Source: Heptranchias perlo
Lineage: Eukaryota
Length of the DNA: 64,000 nucleotides
Direction: 5' to 3'
NCBI RefSeq assembly: GCF_035084215.1
Contig: NC_090329.1
Coordinates: 23,994,001 to 24,058,000 of the forward strand
A model generated the notes under the pieces. That model saw only the letters and a list, made by a program, of their open reading frames with translations, made no database searches and was not told where the DNA came from. The translations under genes were made by a program, and so were the position numbers. Positions 12,807 to 26,900 of this stretch are shown here, one piece after another; position 1 is the first letter of the stretch, and each line of letters begins with the position of its first letter.

Positions 12807-12974
12807 GTAAGTAGGTTGGAACTTGGTCTTCGAGTGCTCGGGCCTCTTGAGCTGTACTGGGCATTAGTTTACTTCGAGCAAATCCCAGTAACAGAAGCAC
12901 ATATCAGGAGTGGAGGCTGTACAAATTTTCAGACATTAATTTCTATATATCCAAGGAGGGTTCACAGAAAGGGA

Positions 12975-13086
12975 AGAACAGGGTCATACCGACACAGGAG
13001 GGAATAACAGGATCACATCAACAGACGAGGGAATAACAGGGTCACACCGACACAGGAAAGTCACAGAAAGGGAATAACAGGGTCAT
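12975..13086. repeat. Short ~29-bp tandem repeat, 3-4 units
   Basis: gggaataacagggtcacaccgacacagga recurs. Confidence 0.7.
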
Positions 13087-13292
13087 TAATTCCAATAAGG
13101 TATTTGGAATAATTTGCACTGCAGCAAGCTCATCATTCCCAGTGGCCATTGTTTTAACCTTTACAATGATGTTTAGAAATGTGTAGCTATTAAATTGGAC
13201 TTGGAAGCTTGGTCTCCTTATGGAACAGATAGGTTAGCTTGAAAATGCTGCTCTGCCAGACTCACTGCCCATGTTTTCCTGTATTGTTGCAG

Positions 13293-13417
13293 AGGGGGAA
13301 TGGACTATCCTCCAGCCACGGTTTCACTCCCAGGGCCTTTTTCTTTGACAATCCACGACGCTACGATAGTGATGATGACTTAACCTGGAATGTCACATGT
13401 CACAGCGCACTCAGCAG
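13293..13417 (+). CDS. GPR137B: GPR137B exon 6 ([33 protein letters not shown]...)
   Basis: gcag acceptor, AG|gtaatt donor, 125 nt; family hallmark [14 protein letters not shown]. Confidence 0.95.
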
Positions 13418-13469
13418 GTAATTACTAGAAACCGATTTCTGGCTCCACTACAATTCAAGTGCTAGGATT

Positions 13470-13960
13470 GTACAATCTTACAACACAGAGGGAGGCCATT
13501 CGGCCCAATGTGCCTGCTCTTTGAACAAGCTATCCAATTAGTCCCACTCCCCTGATCTGCCCTGCAAATTTTTCCTTTTCAAGTATTTATCCAATTCCCT
13601 TCTGAAAGTTACTGTTGAATCTGCTTCCTCCTCCCTTTCAGATCCTAATAAATCGCTGCCTAAACAAAATTCTCATCTCCCCTCTTTTTTTTGCCAATTA
13701 CCTTAAATTTGTGTTCTCTCGTTACCGACCCTTCTGCCAATGGAAGCAGTTCCTCCCTATTTACTATATCAAAACCCCTCATAGTTTTGAATACCTTTAT
13801 TAAATCGCCTCTTAACCTTCTCTGCTCTAAGGAGAACAATCCCAACTTATCCAGCCTCTCCACACAACTGAAGTCCTTCATCCCTGGTACCATTCTAGTA
13901 AATCTCCTTCCTAAAGTTTGCTGTCCAGAATTTGACACAATACCTTAGCTGAGACCTAAC
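13470..13960 (-). mobile_element. CR1 3' fragment
   Basis: Minus-strand RLDKLGLFSLEQRRLRGDLIKVFK. Confidence 0.85.
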
Positions 13961-15640
13961 ATGTGAAAACTTAATTATTCCTTCAATTTATTTTTTTTTA
14001 AAAAATTGGTCACCAAATTTTCTCCCTGTCCAACCTCTCCCAAAGGCATTGGTTCCTCGTTGGGTGAGGGTAGTTCCACCACACGTGCCTGGCACTCCCT
14101 GGTATCTCACCCAATGAGCCGAGTTCTGTGACAGTGAGTGTCCACAGACTGTTCGGTTTATTTGGGGGGGGGGGGAAAGGGGGAGGTTACCGCGAAACAC
14201 AATCCTCACCATATTCACACATGCACCTCGAATAAGGGCTCTACCAGGAGCGGGAATCCTGTCCTCATTGATTGAGGATGATAAAAGGTCCCAGGTTGAA
14301 TTCTGGTCTATATTGAATTAGCTGATCTCAGCAGGGGCCACCAGAACATTGCTCAAGGTTCCCATTCCTGATTGATGTACAATGATACCTGCTGACAGTG
14401 TGTGTGCAAATGCAAGGTGAGAACAAGACCAGACTAGGCTGTGCTGCTCCATAGTCAAATAGCCTGTTTGAACTTGCTGTCAGGGCTGACGCATGAATAA
14501 TGGCAACTTAAGTGAGGTAGTGATGGGTGTCTTGGATCTGTGGAACGGAAGACCAGCAAGGAGACAATACCTTCAGGGGAGAGGAAAACCCGGGGCAATG
14601 AGAAAGCAAAAGTAAGTGTACAACTAACTCCACAAGTACCACAGATCTCTTCATTCTTCACAGACAGTACATTTTCAATAAGTAATAGTAACAGTGGCTA
14701 AGTAACAAGAACCTTACCGATGAATGGGACCTTATTTTGTTTCACAAAAGCACCATGCTTAGTAATTCATCAGCTACAGTAACAGGCTTCATAACCCATT
14801 AATCTCAGTTTCAGGTCAAAGGCTGCCAGACTCTCACTTGTATTTTCTACGAGAGGGAGAAGTTTTGTAGTTCCGAGTTATGTGACAGTCATATTTGACC
14901 CTTTTTCCCCCACAGGGAAAGAAATAACTAACGTAGGCCATCTATCCTTGACTCCAACCCAACTCTGAATAGGGAATGACTATTCGCTTCCTCCAGTATT
15001 CTGTTTTCTCCTCTCCTATAGGCAGTGACTCTCGCTGGGGTTGCCTGGTGCTGAACACCCATCCAGGTGCCCATTCTTCATGCATGAGCCTAGACAGTAA
15101 CTGTCAGCAGGTTTTAGACTGTAAGCCCTATCCCATCTTCACCCAATGTCAACAAATGCACACATTCTAGCTGATTTTTCTTCCTGTTTTTTTAGCGAAG
15201 AGGCACTGAGGCCAAATGTATCACCCATAGCTGCTGTGCTAGCTAAGATCAGCTAATTCAACAAAGACCAGGGATCAAACTTGGCTCTTTCCCAGTTCAT
15301 GTAGCCCAGTTGCTTTACCGGCTGAGCTTTAAGAAATTATTTTAACCTTATGGCTTCTTGTGCATCCCCGATTTCCTTTGCTCCACTATTGGCGGCCGTG
15401 CCTTCAGCTGCCTAGACCGTAAACTCTGGAATTCCCTCCCGAAACCTCTCTGCCTCTTTCGCCCCTCCTTTAAGATGCTCCTTTCAACCTACCTCTTTGA
15501 CCAAATTTTTGGTCACCTGTCCCAATATTTCACATGAAGCGTCTTGGGATGTTTTACGTTAAAGCCATATAAACCCATGTTGTTACTTCAGTATGAGGCA
15601 GATAATCAGTCCCTGAATTCACGGTAACCGCTCTTTGCAG

Positions 15641-15791
15641 CTCGTCAAGCACCTCTCAAATTACTGATCAAGATGGAACCAAGAACCAAAGCTACAGCTA
15701 CGAAGAATTTGTTTCCTTCGCTTCAGATTCCCACATGCCAGTAGACGCAGAGATTCACCAGTACAACTGTTCCCCTTCACTCATGATCTGA
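15641..15791 (+). CDS. GPR137B: Candidate GPR137B terminal coding exon (SSSTSQITDQDGTKNQSYSYEEF...SLMI*)
   Basis: ctctttgcag acceptor, correct phase after exon 6, 49 open codons then TGA, AT-rich UTR-like sequence and AATAAA follow; homology to mammalian tail not evident. Confidence 0.55.
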
Positions 15792-16082
15792 ACTGGGATC
15801 ACTTTTCAATAAGCTCATCACCCACACTTTAAACAATCAGGTATTTCAGAAACAAGCACTGTGAAAATGGACGACTGGAATGGCGGTTGATTTGGACCCT
15901 GTGTGTGTCGACACAAAGACTTGTACTAAAAACTGTTTTACTGACAATGCTAACTTTGTGAATGTGACTTTTACTGATTTTAACTAATATAACTATGTAA
16001 AAGTTTGTGATTAGAATGGTTTAAGTTCTCTGTAAATATTGTACAGTTACTACTATAGAGCCTACGGTACAGTGAATCACAT

Positions 16083-16088
16083 AATAAA
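16083..16088 (+). promoter_or_regulatory. Candidate GPR137B polyadenylation signal
   Basis: AATAAA about 290 nt after the candidate stop, followed by T-rich sequence. Confidence 0.45.
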
Positions 16089-16247
16089 TTGTAGCCAGTT
16101 TTTTGACAATATCCTTTCTGGTCTCCAGTGCTATTTATTTTCTTTAGGAGTGGATATCATTCTCAACAGTCTCTGTGCCTTATATTTTGTTTATGATTAG
16201 ATACCGAGCCAGGATCTAGCCCCATTCAAAGGCACCAATCCACTTGG

Positions 16248-16500
16248 GTACGGTAGCCCAGAGGTTACGGTACTGGACTAGAAACCAGGAGATTGTGAGT
16301 TCAAAACCTCACCATGGAAAGTTGTGAAACTGAATTCAATAAATGTGGTAATTTGTTGGCTAGCACCAGATAAAATGATCCCAAAAGCTGCTGGGTTGTA
16401 AAAGTCCAACTGGTTCACCAATGGCCTTTAGGGAAGGGAGCCTTCAGTCTTTACATGTTCTACACTACGTAGTTGACTCTTAATGCCATCCGAAGTGGCA
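16248..16500 (+). mobile_element. tRNA-derived SINE, decayed
   Basis: A-box-like ggtagcccagagg and B-box-like gagttcaaaacc followed by non-tRNA body. Confidence 0.5.
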
Positions 16501-16859
16501 TTAATGAGAAGAAAATCAGATGAATCCATCGGCAATGACCCAGGCATCGTACTCGTTTAATCTCAGCCCAGTCGAACCTGCAAAGCCCTCCTCACTGACG
16601 CTTGTCCCACAGACTAGTCAAGCAACAGCCCAACATAGTTGTACTCACAGGATGACATTCCAGACTCATCCATCACCAACCCCGAGTATTCCCAATGCAC
16701 CAGAGGTGGAGGGCACATGACTATATAGTCAAGTGTGAGTGGCCTTTGAAGTCCAGAACATTGACCCTGAACCCCATGAAGTCACTTGTCTGCCCAAAAT
16801 AGCAATATCAAAATAGTGTCATGGGATCATCTTTAATAATATCATCTTTAATAATATAA

Positions 16860-17032
16860 TGAGAGGGCAGACCTCAGTTTAAGGTCTCATCCGAAAGACA
16901 GCACCTCCAGCAGTGCAGCACTCCACAGTACTGCTTTGGAGAATCATCCTTTGCTGAAGTCTCTGGAGTGGGCCTTGAAGTCACAAGCTTCTGACACAGA
17001 GGCGAGAGTGCTACCACTGAGCCACAGCTGAC
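16860..17032 (-). mobile_element. SacSINE1-like SINE 5' fragment
   Basis: Reverse complement matches the head and Deu region of 3826-4280. Confidence 0.7.
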
Positions 17033-19744
17033 ACTATATATAGAAAAGCTTGGGTTGCTGTGTTGCGGACTGTGGGGCAGTTGTGTGTCGGAATGGCATG
17101 AGTGGTCTTGCGCTACCCTTGGAGTACTTTATGCATTAACAATAGGCTCACAAAAGGGCTGTCTGATTGTTCCAGAGTCCATAACCATGGTTCAGAGAAT
17201 TGGTATGCCAGCTGATTTGAATCTTCATCTTCCCCAGCCATGCTTCATATCACATGCGTATTTACCAATCCAGCAATGAGTTTACATTCTTAAACTAATA
17301 CTATCAAACACTTTACATTCTTAAGTGCACCCTCTCTCAGTTTCTGCTCAAGGCTATCTAAAACTTCCAGGAGTTTCATCCTGAAAGATTTCACAAGCCT
17401 TTTCCTGATCTTTTATCATTCATAAACCTTCCACAACCTTTCTTTTCCTAACCATCGACATTTAGGTGGATAAGTATGATCTTTAATTCTTCACACTACC
17501 ATAAACAGAATCCCACTTATGAACATATGAAATTGGCAGGCAGGAAAAGGTCCACTGGCTGGTCCATCAAGCTTGCACCCCCACCCCCTCAAGGGCCAAT
17601 AAGGAAAAAACACTGTGGAAAATTCTTCTCCGATCCCCTCAGGCATCCGAAACCAGTCCAGATCACATGGACCAAGTCTTATCTATAAAGACTCTTACCT
17701 TCGATATCATGCCATCTTTGCCCCAGTCAAGAACTAGTCCAGCTCCCTCTTGATAGGCGCTTCAGATGACCTAACCAATCGAAGGCCAATTGGGTTTTAT
17801 AAACCCCCTTTCTAAGGTGTCATTGAAGCAACTGACATGTCTTAAGAGTGTAACTGTCGGAACCTTAGCAGAAGAGCATGCTATAATGAAAACACAGATA
17901 AGAAGACTCATTACACAATGCCCTCAGTCATAAGGCCATCGGGTTCTTCCTTCTTATGCCAGGCTTAAGGCCGCTTGATCCAAAGAGAAACCCTTCTTTG
18001 ACTAGTTAATATATTTAGTGAACTGCCATTTTGTCTGAACCCTGAAAATCACATTAGGAAATTAGCCTCTTTGATTGGGCTGGAGTAGTTTTACAGACAT
18101 CAGTGATGGGAAGAACTACATTTTTTACATAGATTGCTAGTTAGGCTGCATCCCTGATATTCTACAGTTATAGAATTAAAAGAGCTGATAATTGGGTGCA
18201 AGAGGTACAAGGCAGTTTCAGACTTGAGTTTAATTCACTCCCCCACACACATCAATTTTCCAGTTTATTACTGCAAAGGAAAAATATCCAAAGCTACATG
18301 AATGCACAAAGGCAATGTTCATCTCTAAATACAAGAGAAATGTCACAACATTGATAGTGATGCGGATCAGTCAACAGGCAGTTCTTAAAGCAAGAGGGCA
18401 GGTTTTCAAAGTGGATAGCCAGGAAAATTTATTTTTCTTTAAATAAATACATCTGACAAGTGCAGTAAACACAAGAGGTGCAATTCAACATTTTCAAAAA
18501 ATTTTGTTCTCTTTACGCTGAACAGATGTACAGTACATAAAGAACCAGAAGAGCTTAACTGGGAAAGGTTTAGAACATAGGCGAGTAGTGATCATGAATT
18601 AAACTAAAGAAAACAAAAATATTTTTTACAATCAGTTTTGTCACATTGACCAAGCAAGCACTTCTTTTGCTTAAGGCAGGGTATAAATGCACTGAAATAT
18701 TAGTGCTGATCATGCAAATGAAAGTCAGAAAAGTGTTATAGCAACTCGGTGCAAAATCTGCTGCTAAAGATGTCAGTTTTTTGTGTTTTCTTCAAGAGTT
18801 GTTAAGCAGTAGTTGGACAAAGGAAAGAAATGCTTGGTTCACAGAGCTCAGGTTATTCCAGTCAGCATTTGCAAAAGTGCATTCAAAATAATTTGATAGC
18901 ATTTTAAAAATCTGCTGTAATTTAAAAACAAGTATATGCAATTTATAATTGCTTTTGTTACTTAGCTGTCTGCTATCCTCTACCAAGAAATCACCAGTAG
19001 ATAAAAGTGCATGTTGAGAAATTACAATTGCCCTTCATTACTAGTTTCTGCTGAATCTGAATGATGCAAAAAGAACTACAGAAGAAATCGTAACTTATAG
19101 ATAAACTAAAAACTTAACGTTAATTGCATCTGGTTGTATAACTTAAAATGTCAAAATATATTGTGTGCATCCGGCTAGACTGTTTAGGTACTTGCCAGTA
19201 CTGTACCACCAATTTATTTATCCTTAGGTGATCACTGCTAAGTGTGCACACAGCGTCAGCAGCTTGTTTCTCTGTACGAGAGAGAGATTTTTCATATTCA
19301 GAGCCATAGTGGATCATTATTTAGGAGCTTGCCTGATGTGATTAATTAAAAAGCTCCATGATAGCAGAGATAACTAGTGGAAAAAATTGATACTCCCAAT
19401 TATAGCTCGAACCTACATGAATTCTCCAGCTCTATGCCACCAATCTGTGCCAAAATGCAAAAATCCTGCTGGCTTAAACAGCTGGTTTTAAAAAGATCAA
19501 GAGTTAAAAAACAAAATAAATGAGATATTAGAACAAAGAAAACAAAATCCTCTGCAAAATAGTGATTAAGATCATTACTTAGACACATACTGGAGTTCAA
19601 TTTAAAAATGGATATTTTTGGTCTTTCTGGCTATATAAATTTATTTTTAACATCCTTTTTCTCTTTCCCCCCCAACTCCTCTCCAATGCACCATTCTCCA
19701 ACGAAGAGATGACCTTCTGCAGGCCACCTGACTATGCCACTCTT

Positions 19745-20080
19745 AAGATGTAGAGAAGTTGTCTCCACTGTGGGGGAGATCAAAACTAGGGGCCATAAAT
19801 ATAAGATAGTCACTAATAAATCCAGTAAGGAATGCAGGAGAAACTTTTTACCCAGGGAGTCGTGAGAATGTGGAACTTGCTACCTCATGGAGTAGTTAAG
19901 ACGAATAACATAGATGGATTTAAGGGGAAGCTAGATAAGTACATGAGGGAGAAAGGAATATAAGGTTATGCTGATAGGCTTGGATGAAGTAGGGCGGGAG
20001 GTGGCTTCTGTGGAGCATATGGCGGTATAGATCAGTAGACCGAATGGCCTGTTTCTGTGCTGTACATTATATGTAGTTCT
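19745..20080 (+). mobile_element. CR1 3' fragment
   Basis: actaggggccataaatataag...gaatgtggaac...ccgaatggcctgtttctgtgctgta. Confidence 0.8.
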
Positions 20081-21785
20081 AGGCTAGTGAATACGCAAGT
20101 CGCCTGGAGCAAGTCTATGTCTAATTCTTCTCTCTTCCCGTGGCGCATTGGTCGGGCTCTACTGAGCACCCTTCTCCTCTCAAGAACTCAGCTGGGTTTA
20201 AGAACACCCGGTTTAACTACTTGACATGGAAGTTGTAGATTTGGAAGTACAAGATTGCAGATGGCAAGGACTAATAGTCTCAACCTGCAAATCATTTAGC
20301 AAAGGCACAGATATTAAGATAGTACTTTATTAATGGCATGTAATCGTCTCGATTTTTATAGTAAATTTTAATATTTTGAACCATATGTGTATGTGAACCA
20401 GGCAAAGCTTCACACCAATACAGGGGTTGAAAAGGCTTCAGCAGCAACAAAGCATGAGAGGTTAAGACACAAACATAAAGCAGAAAGCACAATTTACATA
20501 ACAAAATATATTCACTATTATTTGTGCCATATATACTGATATCCTGGCTGCAGATGCTCCAACAATAACTTACTTTATACCCACATGTAGCTTTTAAACA
20601 GTCACATTTCTTTGCTCCTCACTCCAAAAGGATGCTACCCATCAAATACATCAGCAGGTTAGGCAGCTTTATTTGGTCAATTCAAAGTAACCTGCTTAAT
20701 ACAAGATGCTAAAATTGAAATAAAAGCAGTCATTGGAAACAAAGTACATCATGATACTGAAATCTATTTTATGTGGAAAGCAATTTGAAGCATATATATT
20801 ATTGTTTGTTGATTCAGAAAACCATTGCAATTTAGAAGTGTGGGATACCGAATTGTGAAGGAGAAATTCCTGACATTTGATGTCTGATGTGAAGATTTAT
20901 AAAGATCCTTACGACAGTCACTGAATGTTTTTCTACAGTGGTCTTAAAACCCCTTTTACTTAAGTAGATTACTAGTATTTAAAAACTGCTTCAATTTCTC
21001 CACAGGATTTAACTGTACAGTTAAACTTTGCTAAAAAAAACCAATTAGCTCATTGTGCAGCAGTTGCAATAACATTTTTTCCAACAGTTGCTTTTATTTT
21101 TAAATGACAAAAGTCTCATGTCCTCAAAGTACAAATGACACAATCAAAAAGGTATGTACCCCAGAGAAACAGGAATTATTTTTGAAGGGAAAGGAATCGG
21201 ATTCAGAACCAACCTTTATGCACTCTGGTCATTTTAACGGGTTAATTAGAACTTTATTAAGCCAATGATCAAAGTTGTGTGGATACTGAAGTACTTCCCA
21301 AGAACGCTCAGTTTGCAATACTGACACAGTTGGGGTCCAGGGGAAGTGCTCTCAAGCCATTGGAGTCAAAATTAAAATTACATTTCCGTTTTAATGGATT
21401 AATGCAGATTATAATTTTCCCAACGGGTAAGGTTTGGTAGTCTTTGAAATCAATCAATTTCATATATGTGCTAAGTAAACCAGTAAAAGCCTACACACTG
21501 TGAGCACTGTAGGTTTGGTAATAATCAAGAACCTTAAGAGCACTTCATTGTATCAGGCTCACAAGGAAATGCTATCAAATGAGACATAAAACATTGTTCA
21601 CTATTACCAAACCTAATGCATCTCTCTACCTTTCGCTGAATGTAGTTCAAGCCAATGCAATACTGTAACGTGTGCAACAGCTACTGGATCCCTGAAGAGC
21701 CTGAAGTTCTGTCGAGTGCCAGAGATTGGTACAATGCTACAAAGTCTCCACACAGCACCCGTCATTGTAGTTTCCGCAGCATTTG

Positions 21786-21846
21786 TTACCTCTTGTCCTT
21801 TAACAGCATTTTGAAAATCTGTAACTCTTGTATACTTGTTGACAGC
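21786..21846 (-). CDS. ERO1B: ERO1B terminal exon 16 (LSTSIQELQIFKMLLKDKR*)
   Basis: ttccag acceptor, in phase, TAA stop; aligns to recalled human LSTSIRDLQNFKVLLQHSR. Confidence 0.92.
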
Positions 21847-22347
21847 CTGGAAGAGCAAAGCAACAATGTAAAGTTACACTCTAAGACCATATGGAGTTAG
21901 GCATTTTTACAGCTGTAGTATATAAATCCAAAGTTTACATGCTGGGAATGAGGAAGGGACAGGCAAATGAAACACTTCATTAGCTAGAGCGTCTCCATTG
22001 CATCCCTACAGTAAGCTCAATAGCAGTGTGCGGCCTAGTAAGAAAGCTCTCCCTAAAGATTACTTTAATGCCCTCTCAGAAGTTAATAAGCACACAATTT
22101 TCATGATTTAACAAGTATTAAATTAAAGGGTGCCTATTTCTTTGGTAAAATGGAGGACCTGAAGAAATTATTTTAACTTTTCATAAAATATCTCCTCTGT
22201 CACTTCCCCCCCACCATATATTACCATTTAAGTGACAGGAAACCGCATATATGAAGACCAATTTGCCCTGTTAAAAGTCTGTTATATTCAAGTCTCTGTT
22301 CATTGTAAGATTGTCAGTGCAACTGGAATTCAACATTTAGGGCTCCT

Positions 22348-22790
22348 AGAATCATAGAATGATACAGCACAGAAGGAGGCCATCCGGCCCATTGTGCCTG
22401 TGAAGACACTCTGAAAGAGCTACCCAATCAGTCCCACTCCCCTGCTCTTTCCCCATAGTTTTGCATTTTTTTCCTTTTAAACTATTTATCCAATTCCCTT
22501 TTGAAAGTTACAATTGAATCTGCTTCTACTGCTTGTTCAGGCAGTGCATTCTAGATCATAACAGCTGGCTGCATTAAAAAAATCTCTTCATCTCACCTCT
22601 GGCTCTTTTGCCAATTGTCTTAAATCTGTGTCCTCTGGTTACTGACCCTCCTACCAGTGGAAACAGTTTCTCCTTATTTACTCTTTCAAAACCCTTCATA
22701 ATTTTGAACACCTCTATTAAGTCTCCCCTTAACCTTCTCTGCTCTAAGGAGAACAACCCCAGCCTCTCCAGTCTATCCACATGACGGAAG
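22348..22790 (-). mobile_element. CR1 3' fragment
   Basis: Minus-strand RLERLGLFSLEQRRLRGDLIEVFKIMKG; (attctatg)n-type tail. Confidence 0.88.
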
Positions 22791-23999
22791 TTATATGGTG
22801 ATGTTTTGAAGCTGACCTGCGATCCGGCTTTGAAATCTCATAATTTTAGCTAAAAGAACATGAAAATATTATCTGAAACTTGCAGGCACACGTATTGGGA
22901 GTCAGACCGAGTCTTTAAGTCAATCCCACTTGAGATAGGTTGTGCCCTTTTTTTTTTATTAATAATGTTCTTGCTCTCTCCAGACGAAGTGTTTAAACTT
23001 TCATGTTGCTTCTAGAAATCTCAAATATTATAGTTTTGTTATTTAAGAATAATATCAAAGGAAAAATGAGACTAGTATAACTCTCCCACCAAGCAGCTAA
23101 TTAGTCTCAGTGTCAGGCTTCCTTTCCTTTGCACCGAGCAGCTTGCTAGTTAATTTTTTTAAGTGTAATAGTGGTTCAGGGTGTGGGAGAGAGGGGACCA
23201 AACTAGCAAAATAACCACCGTCAAAATGAATGGGGTCCTCAAGGTTCTTTTCAGTCAGGAACCCTGCAAGGAGTTCACAACAGTAATGGAGGTTCCTCCT
23301 GGGCTTTCCTGTTATGACTATAGCAATTAAACTGGCTTCCTGTACCTTGGGGCCTTTGAGCTCGTCAGCTCCCTGCTTTTTTTTTGAGACAAAATCACAA
23401 GACAATCAAAAATGTTCCAATTTATTGTAGGTGATAATTTATTTCCTTCTAGTTTTACTAGAAGGTATGGGAAGCTAAAAACATAGGACATAAATCAAAA
23501 TTACTTACAAACTAAAGTTGAATTGAATTGATGAAGTGAGCAGAGTGGATAAACTGAAATCTTATTGAAGACCTGACTCCCTGCTGATTGTTTCCATGTT
23601 GGGGTTCAGTGGGATCCAGGCAGAGTACAACACACAAGTTGTGTGGAGACGCAGTCATGCAGATCCTGAGCTGCAGCGTAGTTTGTAAACACGGGATTGT
23701 GTGCCTTACTGATATTTAGATTCTCTTATTGTTCTTAATTATGTTGCTTTGTCTAACTTTATCTAAAATTTGACTAAGTTTGGCATCAAGCATTTAACTT
23801 AAATTTAATCTTAACTTGCAGTTTTCAGTTAGTGGTGAACAAGCAGCCTGAAGTGGCAGTTGGTCACCTAGTGAATTAGGTGACTGGTTAGAACTGGTAA
23901 TCTACTATCAGCTGGGGCTGACTCAGGTGATTGGCATTCTAGCTAGCATAAATTCAGAAGGGTTTTGCTAATGCATGGAGTAGCAGCTGTTGACAGAGT

Positions 24000-26900
24000 C
24001 TATAATGGGGAATTTGGTGAGTGAGTTGCATGTGTTTAGACAGCAGAGTGGACTGTACTGAGAGCGGGTCACAGCAACAACAAAACTTCAGTGTGATGTC
24101 ATAGGTAAGGCAGGTAGGTGGTTGATAGTGAGTATCTCTTCTGTTTTCTTCTTAGGACTGTGGGCTAAGTAACTTATAGCATAAAACTAATTTTAAAAAA
24201 AAACTAAACTTAATTTAATACATTAAACAAGGCCAGTACTTGGTTCAACCTAAAAAATAATTTGATTGAGATTGTAGCAATCAATTAAATAAATGTTATG
24301 ACAGGGCAGGAGATGTGATGCAGCTGCAATATGTGCGAGCTACTGGACAGTTTTGTCCAGGGCAGCTACATCTACAGTAAGTGTCTGCAGCTTGAGGAAC
24401 TTCGGCTCCGAGATGAGGAGCTGGAGTCCGAGCTGCAGACATTGTGATGCATTAGGGAGGGAGAAAGCTACCTGGAATGTCACGCCTTAGACTAAATACT
24501 GTAGAATTGGCACATGGTCCGGGACAGGAGGGTGTGACTGCGAGCGAGACGGGTACGGGAATCCAGGAGGTAGCATTGCAGGAGCCTCAGCCTCTGCACT
24601 TGTCCAATAGATACGTGGTTCTTGCAGCCCTTGTGGACGAGTGCATGGACCGCAGGGAGGATGAGCAAACTGGCCGCAGCACTGTGGTTCAGGGGGCCAT
24701 TCAAGTGGGGGGAGTAAAAAGGAATGTGGTTGCAGTAGGCGACAGTATAGTTAGAGGGATAGACACTGTTCTCTGCAACCAAGAGCAAGAGTCCCGAAGG
24801 CTGTGCTGCCTACCCGGTGCTAGGGTTAAGGACATCTCCTCAGGGCTGGAGAGAAACTTGGAGGGGGAGGATCCAGTTGTCGTGGTCCATGTAGGTACCA
24901 ATGACATAGGTAGGACTAAGAGAGAGGTTCTGCTGAGGGAGTTTGAGCAGCAGGGGACTAAATTAAAAAGCAGAACCATAAGGTGATAATCTCTGGATTA
25001 TTACCTGAGCCATGAGCAAATTGGTACAGGGTAAATCAGATCAGAGAGATAAATGCGTGGCTCAAAGATTGGTTTGGGAGAAGTGGGTTTTGTTTCTTGG
25101 GGCACTGGCACCAATACTGGGGAAAGAGGGAGCTGTTCCGTTGGGATGGGCTTCACCTGAACCATGCTGGGACCAGTGTTCTGGCAGACTGAATAACTAG
25201 GGCGGTAGAGAAAGCTTTAAACTAAATTGGGGGGGGGGGGCTCAGCTGGGGTGAAGTTTAGATTGATAGAGACAAGACAAGGAAGTAGTACAGGAAAGTG
25301 ATGGGGGTAATGATGAACAGAGTGTGTACAAACATGTGTGCACTAGCAAATGGGGCCAGGGTAGGAAAGAATGGTAAAAAGACAAAATTAAAGGTTCTTT
25401 ATCTGAATGCGCACAGTATTCATAAGATAGATGAATTGACGGTACAAATAGAAACCAATGGGTATGATCTCATGGCCATTACAGAGACGTGGTTGCAAGG
25501 TGACCAAGATTGGGAGCTAAATATTCAGGGTTACTTAACATTTTAGAAGAAAAGGAAAAAAGGTAAAGGTGGTGGGGTAGCTCTGTTAATAACAGTTGAA
25601 ATTGGTATAATAATGAGAAATGACCTTGGCTCAGAAGATCAAGATCTCTAATCAATTTGGGTGGAGGTAAGAAATAGCAAGGGAAAGAAATCACTGGTGG
25701 GAGTAGTATATAGGCCCCCTAACAGTAGCTCCACTGTAGGACAAAATATAAATCAGGAAATAAGGGGGGCTTGTAAAAAAAGGTATGCAATAATCATGGG
25801 CGATCTTAACTTTCACATAGATTGGATAAATCAAATTGGCAAAAATAGTCCTGAGGAGGAGTTCATAGAGTGTATTCAGGACTGTTTCTTAGACTGATAA
25901 GTCGGGGAACCAACCAGGGAAAAGGCCATTTTGGATCTGGTAATGGGTAACGAAACAGGATTAATTAATGATCTCAAAGTAAAGGATCCCTTGGGAAGCA
26001 GTGATCATAACATGATGAATTTCACATCCAGTTTGAGAGTGAGGATTTTGGGTCTGAAATTACTGTATTAAACTTAAATAAGGGCAATTATAAAAGAATG
26101 AGTGCAGAATTGGCTAAAGTAAACAGATTAGATGGTATGATGGTGCATAAGCAGTGGCAAACATTTAAAAAGATATTTTATGACTTGCAACAAAAATATA
26201 TCCCTATGAGGAGGAAAGACTCCATAAAAAGGGTGAACCAACCATGGCTAACTAAGGAAGTCAAGGATGGTATCAGGTTAAAAGAAAAAGCATACAACAT
26301 GGAAAAGATTACTGGTAAGCCTGAAGATTGGGAAAACTTTAAAAACCAGCAAAGGATGACAAAGAATAATAGAGGGAGAAAATAAATTGAGAGTAAACTA
26401 GCAAGAAACATAAAAACTGACAGTAAAAGCTTCTACAAGTGTATATTAAAAAGGAAGAGGGTAGCTAAAGTAAACATTCATCCCTTAGAGGATGAGATTG
26501 GGGAAATAATAATGGAAAACAAGGAAATGGCAGAGGAATTGAACAGATATTTTGTATCTGTCTTCACAGTAGAAGACACTAATAACATGCCAATAATAGT
26601 AGAAAATCAAGGGGCAAAGGGGAGGGAGGAACTAAAAACAATCACTATCACTAGAGGAAAAAGTACTAGGTAAACTAATGGGTCTAAAGGCTGACAAGTC
26701 CCCTGGACCTGATGGCTTGCATCCGAAGGTCTTAAAGGAAGTGGCTACAGAGATAGTGGATGCATTGGTTGTAATCTTCCAGAATTCACTAGATTCTGGA
26801 AAGGTCCTAGCGGATTGGAAAACCACAAACATAACACCCCTATTCAAGAAGGGAGTGAGACAGAAAGCAGGTAACTATAGACCAGTTAGCCTAACATCTG

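Noticed and set aside
24477-24986. Host SGNH/GDSL esterase gene
   Set aside because: It is CR1 ORF1, directly upstream of APE-RT ORF2 and disrupted by stops.
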